From IMG/VR virus record IMGVR_UViG_3300032782_000001, positions 62,001 through 126,000 of that record: a stretch of 64,000 nt of DNA. One strand, given 5' to 3'. The notes beneath the pieces are model-generated. The model worked only from the letters and a program-made list of their open reading frames with translations, had not been told where the DNA came from and searched no databases. How positions within the stretch are numbered: position 1 is the stretch's first letter; every line of letters starts with the position of its first letter. Positions 10,545-19,969 of the stretch are shown piece after piece. The translations under genes were made by a program, and so were the position numbers.

Positions 10545-10940
10545 TCACCAATCGCCGTCGCGGACTTCCCGGACGAGCCTCAGGATTGTTTTTTCGGGGG
10601 CGGATTTTAGATGCAAGATGAGATCGGCAAAAGCTTTAGGGTGTTTGACGATGACATCTTGCAATTCTTTCGTAACTCGCCCGGAGAACGAGTAAAGAAC
10701 AATAGGGTCAACTTCCAGGATCTTCGCAGCGTCGTTGGAAAGTTCCTCTGACACTGAGACAATCCCAAGTTCCACTTTCGAAAGATGAGGTGGTTGAATC
10801 CCCAACTTCCCGGCGAGTGTCCGTAAAGACATTCCCTTTCTTTCCCGGAGATGACGGAGTTCCGCTCCGTACCTTTCATTTTCCGGTTTCGGACTATCTC
10901 GTCTCATGTAGCTAACCCAGTATACATTCAAGCCTCGCAT
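10545..10940 (-). CDS. XRE-family HTH transcriptional regulator
   Basis: LRHLRERKGMSLRTLAGKLGIQPPHLSKVELG; true start may be the second Met. Confidence 0.85.
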   Translation of the reverse strand: MRGLNVYWVSYMRRDSPKPENERYGAELRHLRERKGMSLRTLAGKLGIQPPHLSKVELGIVSVSEELSNDAAKILEVDPIVLYSFSGRVTKELQDVIVKHPKAFADLILHLKSAPEKTILRLVREVRDGDW

Positions 10941-10964
10941 TTGTCAAGTGTCTGTTGATCTAAG

Positions 10965-11312
10965 GTGGTTTATAAGAAGAAAGAGCCCATCGGGCATTTG
11001 GTCGGACTAGATATTTTCTTTCTTCTAGAATATTCCACTTCCACAGTTTGGCTAGAACTTCGGGCAGGTTCCATCGACTGTTCCGGTCCTTTCACTTGGA
11101 CTCCTGAGACCCGATTCGATCTCCAAAGGGGAACTAGTTACGACGGAACTACTTCTTTAGATACTGAAGCATTGAAGAAGTATATGATCAACAAATTCAA
11201 TGAACCTGAGAACAATCAACTGAAGGAATTGCTGGAAACGTGGGACGGTTGGGACACTTTCGAGAAAGTAATCTCCGATTGGTACTGCGTTTGTTTTGTC
11301 ATGGACTCGTAG
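10965..11312 (+). CDS. hypothetical protein with VMDS tail
   Basis: ends DWYCVCFVMDS*. Confidence 0.6.
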   Translation: MVYKKKEPIGHLVGLDIFFLLEYSTSTVWLELRAGSIDCSGPFTWTPETRFDLQRGTSYDGTTSLDTEALKKYMINKFNEPENNQLKELLETWDGWDTFEKVISDWYCVCFVMDS

Positions 11313-11332
11313 TGTGATCTTATAATGGACGT

Positions 11333-11608
11333 ATGAGACTTGTAAAAAATCCTCTCGTTGTCCATTGCGAACAAGAACCTTTCGACGTGTACATAGGACG
11401 TGGAACTCCATTCGGTAATCCATTCCGAATAGGACCCGCCCAAAATCGGTCCCAAGCAATACAGGCTTTCAAATCTTGGATTTTATCTCAACCAGAACTC
11501 GTAGAGCGGGTGAAGAAGGAACTTCGTGGAAAGAAGCTTGGTTGTCATTGTCGCCCAAAGTCTTGCCATGGTGACGTATTAGCTGAAATCGCAAATGGAC
11601 CAGATTAA
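11333..11608 (+). CDS. DUF4326-type protein
   Basis: DVYIGRGTPFGNPF ... LRGKKLGCHCRPKSCHGDVL. Confidence 0.85.
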   Translation: MRLVKNPLVVHCEQEPFDVYIGRGTPFGNPFRIGPAQNRSQAIQAFKSWILSQPELVERVKKELRGKKLGCHCRPKSCHGDVLAEIANGPD

Positions 11609-11825
11609 ATGCAAATATCTCCTTGTCCGTGCTAAGACTGAACAGACTAGTCGTATTCATCAGGTATATGATGTTCTCCCCAGTCACAACACTTTCGGAG
11701 AGCCTGTTAACTTGGACCTATGGGAAGTAATTGAAGAGAGCCGGGACGGCTCGGCATCTGAGTGGATGCGACTTCTGACCAGGCGAGATGGCCTTCGCAT
11801 TATCTTCCAAGTTATGGAATCATGA
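11595..11825 (+). CDS. small protein with VMES tail
   Basis: ends IIFQVMES*. Confidence 0.6.
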   Translation: MDQIKCKYLLVRAKTEQTSRIHQVYDVLPSHNTFGEPVNLDLWEVIEESRDGSASEWMRLLTRRDGLRIIFQVMES

Positions 11826-11826
11826 A

Positions 11827-12096
11827 ATGGGAAAGTTCAAGCGACCACGTCGTGGTATCAAGCTTACCGATTCCACATATATGAAAATTAAGACTGCAAT
11901 TCGGTGTGACGACACTATCTACAAGATTGGTCGTTCTTCGGAACTTCAACGAAAGTTCCCTATCACACTCATCGTGAGCGACGGCAACATCCAAGATTAT
12001 CGATTCCGTCTCACTGTAGAGGCGGCTAAAAAGCTCGGTCAGAAGCTCATTGAATCTGCTGATTTGGCAGCAGTGTCTCAAGTCATGGATACTTAG
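11827..12096 (+). CDS. small protein with VMDT tail
   Basis: ends AAVSQVMDT*. Confidence 0.6.
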   Translation: MGKFKRPRRGIKLTDSTYMKIKTAIRCDDTIYKIGRSSELQRKFPITLIVSDGNIQDYRFRLTVEAAKKLGQKLIESADLAAVSQVMDT

Positions 12097-12233
12097 GGCT
12101 GTTCATGTAAGCCGCAAGTTCACAATCTTCTTCATGTTCTTTTTCCCCGTCACATTCGGGGCAAGTCTTGCATTGTTCGTAGGCGGCAAAGAGCCAATCA
12201 CGTACTTTCTCGAGCTCTTCTCTGAGCGCTGAC

Positions 12234-12587
12234 TCAGTGTCCGCCATACATCATTGAATGCTTGAAAGCGTCAAATAGGTCTTCCCGACCGGCAAAGCTC
12301 ATAGCGAAGATGCACCCGAATTTTTCTCCGACATATGCAGCTTCATAATCTTCCATGGGAAGCGACTTCCCCGTATGGACGTTGGCTTGCGTGAAGTCAA
12401 TGCCTTCTTCCAAAGCTTTTTGGCATAGCTTTATATATTCGTTCATGAATCCTGTGAATTCGATGAACGGGTGGTTGCCGATTTGGACCGCCAATGAATA
12501 GAAAGCATTCGATGCTTTCTTCATCTCTTTGATTTTCTGCTCAAGTTGTTCTCGAGTATGTGTTGCTTCAGGTTCCATTAGTTTCAT
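12234..12587 (-). CDS. hypothetical protein
   Basis: last gene of the minus-strand operon; HPFIEFTG motif. Confidence 0.65.
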   Translation of the reverse strand: MKLMEPEATHTREQLEQKIKEMKKASNAFYSLAVQIGNHPFIEFTGFMNEYIKLCQKALEEGIDFTQANVHTGKSLPMEDYEAAYVGEKFGCIFAMSFAGREDLFDAFKHSMMYGGH

Positions 12588-12903
12588 TTAGTTCTCCACA
12601 AGAGCAAGGGTCACACTCATTGCATACATTTAGTCCGTGTAACTTGCACGATATAGGAATAGCGCATGTCATCGCGAATCTCCTCTGACACCCTTTCTGG
12701 TGCCGACGAGCCTCGGTACAGACACATTGGATGAGCTGGCAGTCACAATCCTCCACTCGACCGCGAGCCGTCCAAACATCGAAATCTTCCAAGAATGCTC
12801 CTGGAGGAGCTTCCCCTGTATCAATCCAGTATTTCGTTCCTCGGACGATCTCTTCGGGTGGAGTCCCTTTCAAGAATAAAAGAACTTTGTTTTCGACGGT
12901 CAC
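12568..12903 (-). CDS. Cys-rich hypothetical protein
   Basis: coupled overlap; many Cys in the C-terminal half. Confidence 0.6.
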   Translation of the reverse strand: MTVENKVLLFLKGTPPEEIVRGTKYWIDTGEAPPGAFLEDFDVWTARGRVEDCDCQLIQCVCTEARRHQKGCQRRFAMTCAIPISCKLHGLNVCNECDPCSCGELNETNGT

Positions 12904-13499
12904 CAGTTTTCTCCAGGCTTCCTTTCGAAAGCTCCCTGGATCCTCTCTTTGACACTGTCCATGTTCGTCCCATCGTATCTGACCACATATCGATACGATC
13001 CGCGATTGGACGCGTACATCTCATTCCAAGGATGAGCAATGCAAATAACGAGACCTCGAGGCCTCACTTTCTGCCATGCTTCGAAATAAGGCGGGAAATC
13101 ATCGAAGAGGACGCGCCCATAGACAAGAGACTTGTCTTGAGTGATCGTGACGTTGGCCTTCGGCATGTTCTCCTGACACCACTCGACCTTCTCGGTCCAA
13201 GCTCCCGTTGTCTTGACGGGGCCCTTCGTCAGAGCATGAAGTTCGAACCCTACGGCTTCAAGCTCGGCCACCACCTCGAATCCGAGTTGGATTCGAGGAA
13301 GATTCCGCCAGAATCCAGGTTGCCTCTTGACGAGATCCCGACGAGCCACGATATGAGGAGGAATGTTGACCCACCCTTCATAGCGCTGTTCATCCGGGCC
13401 ATAGAGGGGTTCCATGGCCGTGGCCAAAGCACCATCATAATCTGCCACAGTTCCGTCGAGGTCGATGAGTGCAATCCTATCGCCAGCCGTTTTATTCAT
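12900..13499 (-). CDS. HAD-family 5'(3')-deoxyribonucleotidase-like protein
   Basis: LIDLDGTVAD, FWRNLP, WTEKVEW, LFDD, HPWN motifs; ATG overlaps the upstream stop. Confidence 0.85.
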   Translation of the reverse strand: MNKTAGDRIALIDLDGTVADYDGALATAMEPLYGPDEQRYEGWVNIPPHIVARRDLVKRQPGFWRNLPRIQLGFEVVAELEAVGFELHALTKGPVKTTGAWTEKVEWCQENMPKANVTITQDKSLVYGRVLFDDFPPYFEAWQKVRPRGLVICIAHPWNEMYASNRGSYRYVVRYDGTNMDSVKERIQGAFERKPGENW

Positions 13500-13855
13500 A
13501 CCAACTCCAATTCTTCGCCAATCAAGACTTCCGCCAACCCCCACGTTCCATCTTCGTGTGCCACAACACGTGTCACACGGACGAATTCTGGGGGAAGAAT
13601 TTCTGCGATGGCACTGGACGCCATTGAGACTCCTTTTACTTCCACTTCAGCCAAATCGTGTGGATCCACACGACCTTTCGCGAAGATGGCCGTTTCGCCG
13701 GTCGGAATGATTAGCTTGGACAAGTTCCCACGGATTCCACGTTTTACCCAAACGTACAACCCTTTTTGTCCTCCTTCCGATGCGACCATCCAAAGGTCTA
13801 CACGAGGAATACCGCCCAACAGCAGCCTCACTCCTTTCTCAGCTTTCAGTTTCAT
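13496..13855 (-). CDS. hypothetical protein
   Basis: in operon, overlaps neighbours. Confidence 0.55.
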   Translation of the reverse strand: MKLKAEKGVRLLLGGIPRVDLWMVASEGGQKGLYVWVKRGIRGNLSKLIIPTGETAIFAKGRVDPHDLAEVEVKGVSMASSAIAEILPPEFVRVTRVVAHEDGTWGLAEVLIGEELELV

Positions 13856-14321
13856 GGTCCGTCTTCAATTCCGGCTCGATTTTGACTGCTCCGTGTTTCT
13901 TGACAATGTGTTCGATAGTCTTAGTAGTGGAAGGCATTCCGGGAAGATCAGGGATGATGACGAGTTCTACATCAGTCCCTTCAAGTCCATGAATCACCTT
14001 TTCGTCACATAACATGTCCCAGAATGGATTATTCTTGAACATGAGACGGACGTTGAATCGACGGACGATAGCGTCGAGACGTTTGACATCTCGAAGAATG
14101 AATGCGGAGGATACGACTTTGAGTCCGTTGATGATCTCAAGTCGTTGAGTTTCGGAGACAATTGGGCGGGCGTGCCCTTTGGCCGCCCGCACCAAATCGT
14201 CCGAATCTACTGCGACGAGGAGTCTATCACATAGACTACGGCATCTCTGCAAGTACAGAAGATGACCATAATGAAACAGGTCAAAACAGCCCGTCGTCAG
14301 TCCGACGACGATCTCTCTCAC
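13839..14321 (-). CDS. cytidylyl/adenylyltransferase (RfaE-II/TagD-like HxGH family)
   Basis: TTGCFDLFHYGH, AVDSD, KGHARPI, STT motifs. Confidence 0.85.
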   Translation of the reverse strand: MREIVVGLTTGCFDLFHYGHLLYLQRCRSLCDRLLVAVDSDDLVRAAKGHARPIVSETQRLEIINGLKVVSSAFILRDVKRLDAIVRRFNVRLMFKNNPFWDMLCDEKVIHGLEGTDVELVIIPDLPGMPSTTKTIEHIVKKHGAVKIEPELKTDHETES

Positions 14322-15121
14322 GGCGATCCGAAACCGCCCGCTGCCACCTGGCTAAAGGCCGCTGCCGCCTGGCTGGCTCGAACGGCAGACTGGCTGACGA
14401 GGATGAAGGCTTTCCGGATCTCCGAAGGACTGTTCGTCGGAAGAAGAATCCAACTTCCATCGATGCCCATCTGTTCGAAAACCCTGCGGAAGTCGGTATG
14501 ACCACCGTCATCGATTCCCATGGCCGCGATGATGTGGCTCTCCTGCCTACGAAGGTCTCGCACGAGAGGTTCCACTGATGCAGGTCGCCGATGGGTCGTC
14601 GAGTGGACATCCGCTCCGTCGGTCACGATGACGGTCACCGTACGGACCGGAACGCCAGCGTCCGAGAACTCTTGGCTCTTGGCCAAGACCTGTCCGAGAG
14701 TGACCGCCGTCTGATCGTAGAGGGGCGTCCCTCCATTGGCCCGATAGTTCTTGTTGTCGAGCTTGGGAGCATTGTCAAGCGTGACGTACGGGTAGATGGG
14801 CGCCGTCCCGTTGAGGGTTCTGCAGCACACGAGAATCCCGTCTTTCTGCTTCGACTTACCAAGTGCCTCAATCACGAGATTGACGCCATCTCGTACGACC
14901 TGTTCGTTCCCCGCGTCTCGAATGGAACCGGAGTCGTCGACGAGGAAGGTGACAAGCAGAACCTCTGAAGCTTGCACATCATCCACCTTCACGCCGAGGC
15001 CTGCCTGGATGGCCGCTCCCATGTCGGGAATGTTGAGGACCGCAGCGCCAGCGGCGGTGATGGTATTCTCCGCCTGAGCGGTCTGGAAGAGACTGTTGAC
15101 GTTGTTTGCGTTCTGGCTCAT
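14318..15121 (-). CDS. von Willebrand factor A (TerY-like) protein
   Basis: MIDAS DDSGS, GGTPLYD, VIVTDG; start at MSQNANN preferred. Confidence 0.85.
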   Translation of the reverse strand: MSQNANNVNSLFQTAQAENTITAAGAAVLNIPDMGAAIQAGLGVKVDDVQASEVLLVTFLVDDSGSIRDAGNEQVVRDGVNLVIEALGKSKQKDGILVCCRTLNGTAPIYPYVTLDNAPKLDNKNYRANGGTPLYDQTAVTLGQVLAKSQEFSDAGVPVRTVTVIVTDGADVHSTTHRRPASVEPLVRDLRRQESHIIAAMGIDDGGHTDFRRVFEQMGIDGSWILLPTNSPSEIRKAFILVSQSAVRASQAAAAFSQVAAGGFGSP

Positions 15122-15422
15122 CGTTTGATCCCTCGTCGATATTCCTTGTAATTCTCCAACACCCGTTGCTGGTGCTCCCAATCGTGAGGTTTGAAACTCA
15201 CTTCTGGGATGTCGGTCGGTCCCAACTTATTGGCTCCATGCTTTGGCACAGTTCCAACAGGTTGGGACAGACAACTCTGGACATTCTCCGCACCGAGTCC
15301 TGACCTTCCGCAAACAGGACAGGTCACAGTTTGGAAGGGGTAGTCAGTCAGTTCGACTTCTACCCCCTGCCCAGTACACCAGGTCTTGCTCATGTAGACT
15401 GATACTTTTACAGTGATTCGAT

Positions 15423-17201
15423 CTACAGACGGATCCCCTCCCAGCTCGCAAGGGGGTCGGTGCTCCGATGCAGCTTCATCCCTGCATTCGCAAACTTGGC
15501 GAGTGCAATTTCCGTCTCCGGAGTGTAGTCCCGATACGGGGTGACGACGGAGCTCATACAATCCGTCAAGATGTGACACTTGGCGGCGAGCTTCGGATCC
15601 TGGACGAGGATTTCCTCGAGCAAATCCTCGATGCTCGACTTGACGCAATGGGAAGCGGCCTGACCTGCGATGATGACGGCATCGTAGCTCAGAAGCTTCT
15701 TGATGAACGACGTGTTCCTCTGCGCGAGAGCCTTGCCGTCATGCCGAGTAAGGACCTCGGGAGACAGAACGGAGTAGTTCTCGGTCAATGGGTGTCCACC
15801 CTTGACCTCACAGTTGGACTGCGTACCACGCGCCCATGCGTGGAAGAACTGTGCTTCGTTCAGGAGGCCGAGGAGTGAATGCCCGGGCGAACCGAGCAAG
15901 CAATGGAACGGCCAGCAGAGGAGCGTATACTTGCCCTTCTTCTCCAGCTCCCTGCAATAATGCGCCATGTACTGCGTGAGCCACGTGTAATTGCCATCGC
16001 AGAGCCACGAGGCAACCGCCGGGTTGGGTCGAACCTTTCCCTTGAGGACGTGTTCGGTCGTGATCTCGGTGAAAGTCGGAAGATGATTCCCGTCCTCGCC
16101 GAGCCACATGGAACGCACGAAGATCTGCTGCGAGAAGTGCGTATCCATCGTGAACGTCATGTCCGTGATGTGATGCATGTTGCGATAGATCCAAGCTGCC
16201 TTGCGAGCCGAATCCTCGATCGCACCGCGCTGGCTCCTGCCACCAACGTAAAGAGACCCCTGCGGGTGCAAGAAGTCCTTCTGGTCGTCGATGTTCAAAA
16301 CGTGAATCCGGAAAGCGTCCTTGCCAGATGGCTTGATGTCGTGCTGCTTGGCCCAGGCGACTGCATCGTCAAAGAGCTGATTGAGATTCGGAGCGTAGTT
16401 GTAAGACTCGGCATTCCTCGGGTCGAAGAACACCGGGAGAGGAAGTTCATCTTTGTGCTGTGACCTGGCCGTGATGGCGGCGAGCGCCGACGACGGGAGG
16501 GTGACATTGATATCCATGATCCGATGCGGGAACTTGGACAGTGGCTCATCCGGCACGATGAATTCGGGAACGCCGCGCTGACCGCTCGTGTTGCGCGTGT
16601 AACCGTTGCCCGTGTACTGCTCCTTGAGGTACACGGTGAAATAGAGGAAAGCTCGACATTCCTCGAGGGTGCCCTTGCTGGCTTGGAACCTGTCAATCGA
16701 CATGTAGCGTGGGTCTTTCGACCCAATATTGTCAACTTCCTTGAAGGAATACCCGAGCTTCGCCTCGATGCCAGGCAAATCCTCCGGCTGGAGGTTGCAA
16801 ATGGCGGCCCGGTGAGGCTTGATCTTCGACCAGACCTCCGGGTACTTCTCCTCGACAATAGACAAGACGTTGTCCCATGTGCCGAGCTTGCAAGCTTGCT
16901 CGGGGAAGATGACGAGCTTGACGGTCGTCCCGCCCTTGATCTTGCTCTCGATGTAGGCGTCGTCCCAGCCGACCTTCTGCAGCATCTCATAGCCGTTGAG
17001 GCCGAGAAGGCCCTCGAGACCTGAAGAATCGACGAGGAAGACTACTCGTCGATTCGGGTCATCGGTGAGCCTATCGAAGGCTCGGGGATTCTGCTTGAGA
17101 TTCCCGCGGGTGATGCGGCCTGCGAGACCCGTCACCTTCTGTGAAGCGGTCTTGCCGCTGGTGAAGAGCTTCTCGTATGCGTCGAGGATGGCGTTATTCA
17201 T
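15423..17201 (-). CDS. nicotinamidase/isochorismatase-family protein with extra ~245 aa N-terminal domain
   Basis: IDDQKDF, GSLYV, MDTH, WPFHC, KG..ENYS, AGQAASHCV motifs. Confidence 0.85.
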   Translation of the reverse strand: MNNAILDAYEKLFTSGKTASQKVTGLAGRITRGNLKQNPRAFDRLTDDPNRRVVFLVDSSGLEGLLGLNGYEMLQKVGWDDAYIESKIKGGTTVKLVIFPEQACKLGTWDNVLSIVEEKYPEVWSKIKPHRAAICNLQPEDLPGIEAKLGYSFKEVDNIGSKDPRYMSIDRFQASKGTLEECRAFLYFTVYLKEQYTGNGYTRNTSGQRGVPEFIVPDEPLSKFPHRIMDINVTLPSSALAAITARSQHKDELPLPVFFDPRNAESYNYAPNLNQLFDDAVAWAKQHDIKPSGKDAFRIHVLNIDDQKDFLHPQGSLYVGGRSQRGAIEDSARKAAWIYRNMHHITDMTFTMDTHFSQQIFVRSMWLGEDGNHLPTFTEITTEHVLKGKVRPNPAVASWLCDGNYTWLTQYMAHYCRELEKKGKYTLLCWPFHCLLGSPGHSLLGLLNEAQFFHAWARGTQSNCEVKGGHPLTENYSVLSPEVLTRHDGKALAQRNTSFIKKLLSYDAVIIAGQAASHCVKSSIEDLLEEILVQDPKLAAKCHILTDCMSSVVTPYRDYTPETEIALAKFANAGMKLHRSTDPLASWEGIRL

Positions 17202-17225
17202 GGGTTTCCTTCTGGGTATGACTCG

Positions 17226-19091
17226 TCAAGAGATGACGAGGAGCGAGATTTCTTGCCTTGATACTGCGTAGAGTCCGGCATTTGCGGCGATAAGTTTCAT
17301 TCCTGCGTCCACGAATGGCTCCGTATCAGGAAAGGTCTTCATCACCGACGCGGAGCCATTCTCTGCCTTGACTTGGACCACACCTTGATCGGTCGGGACG
17401 AGCAGTACGCGGTTCACGGCACAACATCCGCGAATGTTGGAAAGCCAAGACCCGTCGCCGGCTTCGGCTTCTGCCGAAGCTTCCACAGCGCCGTCGGGCC
17501 GCAGGACCGTGCAGCGATTGACAGTCTTGCTGCCTTCTTGAGTCGAAGTCAGGAACCAAGCCCTGTCTTTCGACAATTCGCAAGTTGCATCGATCAGTTT
17601 TCCTCTGATCAGATGAACTTTGACAGAATCGTTGATTCCGCCAGATTTGGTTCCGAACACGAACGACCTGACAAGTTGTCCAGCCCTGTAAAAGCCGAAT
17701 CCAAAGGTCTGCCCTGTCCAGAATAAAGTTTGGCCTCCAAGAACGTCCCCGATCCTTTCCGGACCGAGCCGTCCTTCCTTGTACAGAGAGTCCCCATGGA
17801 CCCAGAACAAGTTCTCATCATTCGTATCGAAGATAGTCAATGAACCAAGAAGATCTGCATCCGTCCTGCCCGCGGAAGTTCCTCCTACGAGTTTCACGAC
17901 GATCCCGTCTCTAGCCATGAAAGTTGATCTACCCTGAAGTCGGAACCTAAGCCTCGGATCAATTTGACCGTCTGCCACTCGTGAAGAATCTTCACGAATA
18001 AACTTCCCATTGTCGTGATAAAGCCAAATGAGGCGGCCTTCGTGGAGGTCGGCCCTTACTATAGTTCCGCGGGTTTGGAAAATCCTTGTAGCTTTCACCT
18101 GGCCCCGGATTTCCACATGTGCTTTGACAGCTTCAGGTACAATAGTGGAACAGTGGGGACATGAAGTGCGAGCGTGTTCTGCTCCACATCCTGAGCATTT
18201 TGTCCAATGGAGCCTCTCGAGCAGACTAGCAGGAAATGGTCCCCTCTCATCTCGCTCGAATACGAGATGGAACCTCTGCAAGAGATCATCCGGCAAAACA
18301 CCGTATGGAATGGCGGGCTTCGGGTATTTCACTTCCGGGTGGAAGACTGTAATTCGTTTGAGAGGCCTTGCTGAATGGACTAAAGCCTTCGTCGGATCAT
18401 GCGGTTTATAAGTACCTCCGAACGGGTCCGTGAAGAGAAGGCACTGGAACACCATTACGAAGAATGCATACCAATCCGAATTCTCGTTATGAGCCTTCAC
18501 GAGATGGAGGCTGTTGGCAGCAGGATCACAAAGAGTTGGATCCACAAATCGCTGCGTGAAAACAGAGCAACGGAATTTCCCGAATTGCATTGAATCGGCA
18601 TCAATGAAATCCGCGTCCTTCCCCGTTACCATGACATTCAAATCATTGAAATCGCCGATAACCGCTCCCGCCTTGTGTATGGCGTCTACGGTAATCCTCA
18701 TCCCCTTGAGAATAGAAATGACATCTTCGGTGCTGATAGCCTGACGGAAATTGCGTTGCGTGTAACGAAGGAGAACTTCCGCCCCTTTCAGCATTCGCAT
18801 CACATATCCGACAGTCCGTCCTTTTCCATCCAATGCCAAGGCATCTGGAATAACGACATGGCCTGGCATACCTTTCGGGAATGCGGGCAATTTCAATTGA
18901 TGCTCTTCAATCCTGCGAGATGCTGCTGCTTGAGCTTCGGGTTGACCGTCGAAGTCGGGATGGTCAGGTCGCTTAAAGATCTTCACAACCTGATCAGTGC
19001 CGAATGGATAGATCTCCGCTTCTCCTCCTTGACCGAGAATTTTGCTCGGATCCAGCCGACTCTTTTTTCCGTCAACCCAGATGTCAGGCAC
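17226..19091 (-). CDS. Ser/Thr protein kinase (TerY-P type) with CxxC and beta-rich C-terminus
   Basis: LGQGGEA, VKIFK, IGDFNDLNV, IDADS; GTG start at 19091 overlaps the PP2C stop. Confidence 0.88.
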   Translation of the reverse strand: MPDIWVDGKKSRLDPSKILGQGGEAEIYPFGTDQVVKIFKRPDHPDFDGQPEAQAAASRRIEEHQLKLPAFPKGMPGHVVIPDALALDGKGRTVGYVMRMLKGAEVLLRYTQRNFRQAISTEDVISILKGMRITVDAIHKAGAVIGDFNDLNVMVTGKDADFIDADSMQFGKFRCSVFTQRFVDPTLCDPAANSLHLVKAHNENSDWYAFFVMVFQCLLFTDPFGGTYKPHDPTKALVHSARPLKRITVFHPEVKYPKPAIPYGVLPDDLLQRFHLVFERDERGPFPASLLERLHWTKCSGCGAEHARTSCPHCSTIVPEAVKAHVEIRGQVKATRIFQTRGTIVRADLHEGRLIWLYHDNGKFIREDSSRVADGQIDPRLRFRLQGRSTFMARDGIVVKLVGGTSAGRTDADLLGSLTIFDTNDENLFWVHGDSLYKEGRLGPERIGDVLGGQTLFWTGQTFGFGFYRAGQLVRSFVFGTKSGGINDSVKVHLIRGKLIDATCELSKDRAWFLTSTQEGSKTVNRCTVLRPDGAVEASAEAEAGDGSWLSNIRGCCAVNRVLLVPTDQGVVQVKAENGSASVMKTFPDTEPFVDAGMKLIAANAGLYAVSRQEISLLVIS

Positions 19092-19917
19092 GGTGCAAAA
19101 TTCTCCTTCCAGAAACGAAAGTCGTGTCGTCTTCCAGCAAACCTGGAAATCTGGACCCGACTCCTCCATTAGCAAGGACGAGGTGACGCCGTCCAACATC
19201 CGCGTTGAGGAAGAATTTTTCATCCTCCCAAAGCTGACTCATGGGTCCGACAGTTCGAGTCTTTCCAGGAAGCGGTTTGTCCGCTGACTTATGAAGTGAA
19301 GTCAACCCGTCGCTCCCGATCAAGAAGCTTTGAAGGTCTTCAGTCTTCATCGCCTTATGCACAACGAATTGCATTTGTTCCTCCTTCATGGAGGTCTTCA
19401 CAAGCCCGTAGCCAAGATATGGCGGCATATTGCCTTCGAATGGCCCAAGGAATGATGTCTCCCCGTTCACAGAGATGCACCCATCGCCGATAGACGCGAA
19501 TTCGGTCCGTTCGGGGGTAATGACAACGCAAACAACAGTGAAGAGAAAATAGTCGTTGACGAACGATGGATTCACACGCCCTTCGGAATCTTCGGCACCA
19601 ATCCCCCGAGCCCACTTTCGCATCTCCCAGAGGGCGTCCCGTCGGATAATAGACCAGGCCAGAATTTCTCTGGGGTTCCGAATAGTCCATCCAGATCGGA
19701 CTCGAAGGTGGTCAGCGATTGTGTGGGTCAGAAGAAGAGACCCGAATTGTGCTCCGACTTCGCTATACTTACCGCTCGAGCATCCGTCGCAAACCACTGC
19801 GATTGTGAAATCCGAAGTTTGGAGAATCGATACCCCATCCTGATTGTTCTTGCCAGCTCGGATATGATCATATCCGGGAATACTCCCGCGAGCCAGTTCG
19901 AAAATGTTCTGCATCAA
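19084..19917 (-). CDS. PP2C-family protein phosphatase
   Basis: NNQD, VVCDGCSS, SIGDG, GSDG, DDTT motifs. Confidence 0.9.
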   Translation of the reverse strand: MMQNIFELARGSIPGYDHIRAGKNNQDGVSILQTSDFTIAVVCDGCSSGKYSEVGAQFGSLLLTHTIADHLRVRSGWTIRNPREILAWSIIRRDALWEMRKWARGIGAEDSEGRVNPSFVNDYFLFTVVCVVITPERTEFASIGDGCISVNGETSFLGPFEGNMPPYLGYGLVKTSMKEEQMQFVVHKAMKTEDLQSFLIGSDGLTSLHKSADKPLPGKTRTVGPMSQLWEDEKFFLNADVGRRHLVLANGGVGSRFPGLLEDDTTFVSGRRILHRA

Positions 19918-19969
19918 ACTGATTTACATCTAGCTGGCCAGGATTTCTGATCAGGTGTATTGTGGTGAA

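Noticed and set aside
12795-14012. 405-aa plus-strand ORF, and similar long ORFs at 7549-8379(-), 15879-16463(+), 20985-21638(+), 22644-23261(+), 51333-51881(-)
   Set aside because: These are antisense shadows of well-supported genes on the opposite strand and have no motifs of their own.
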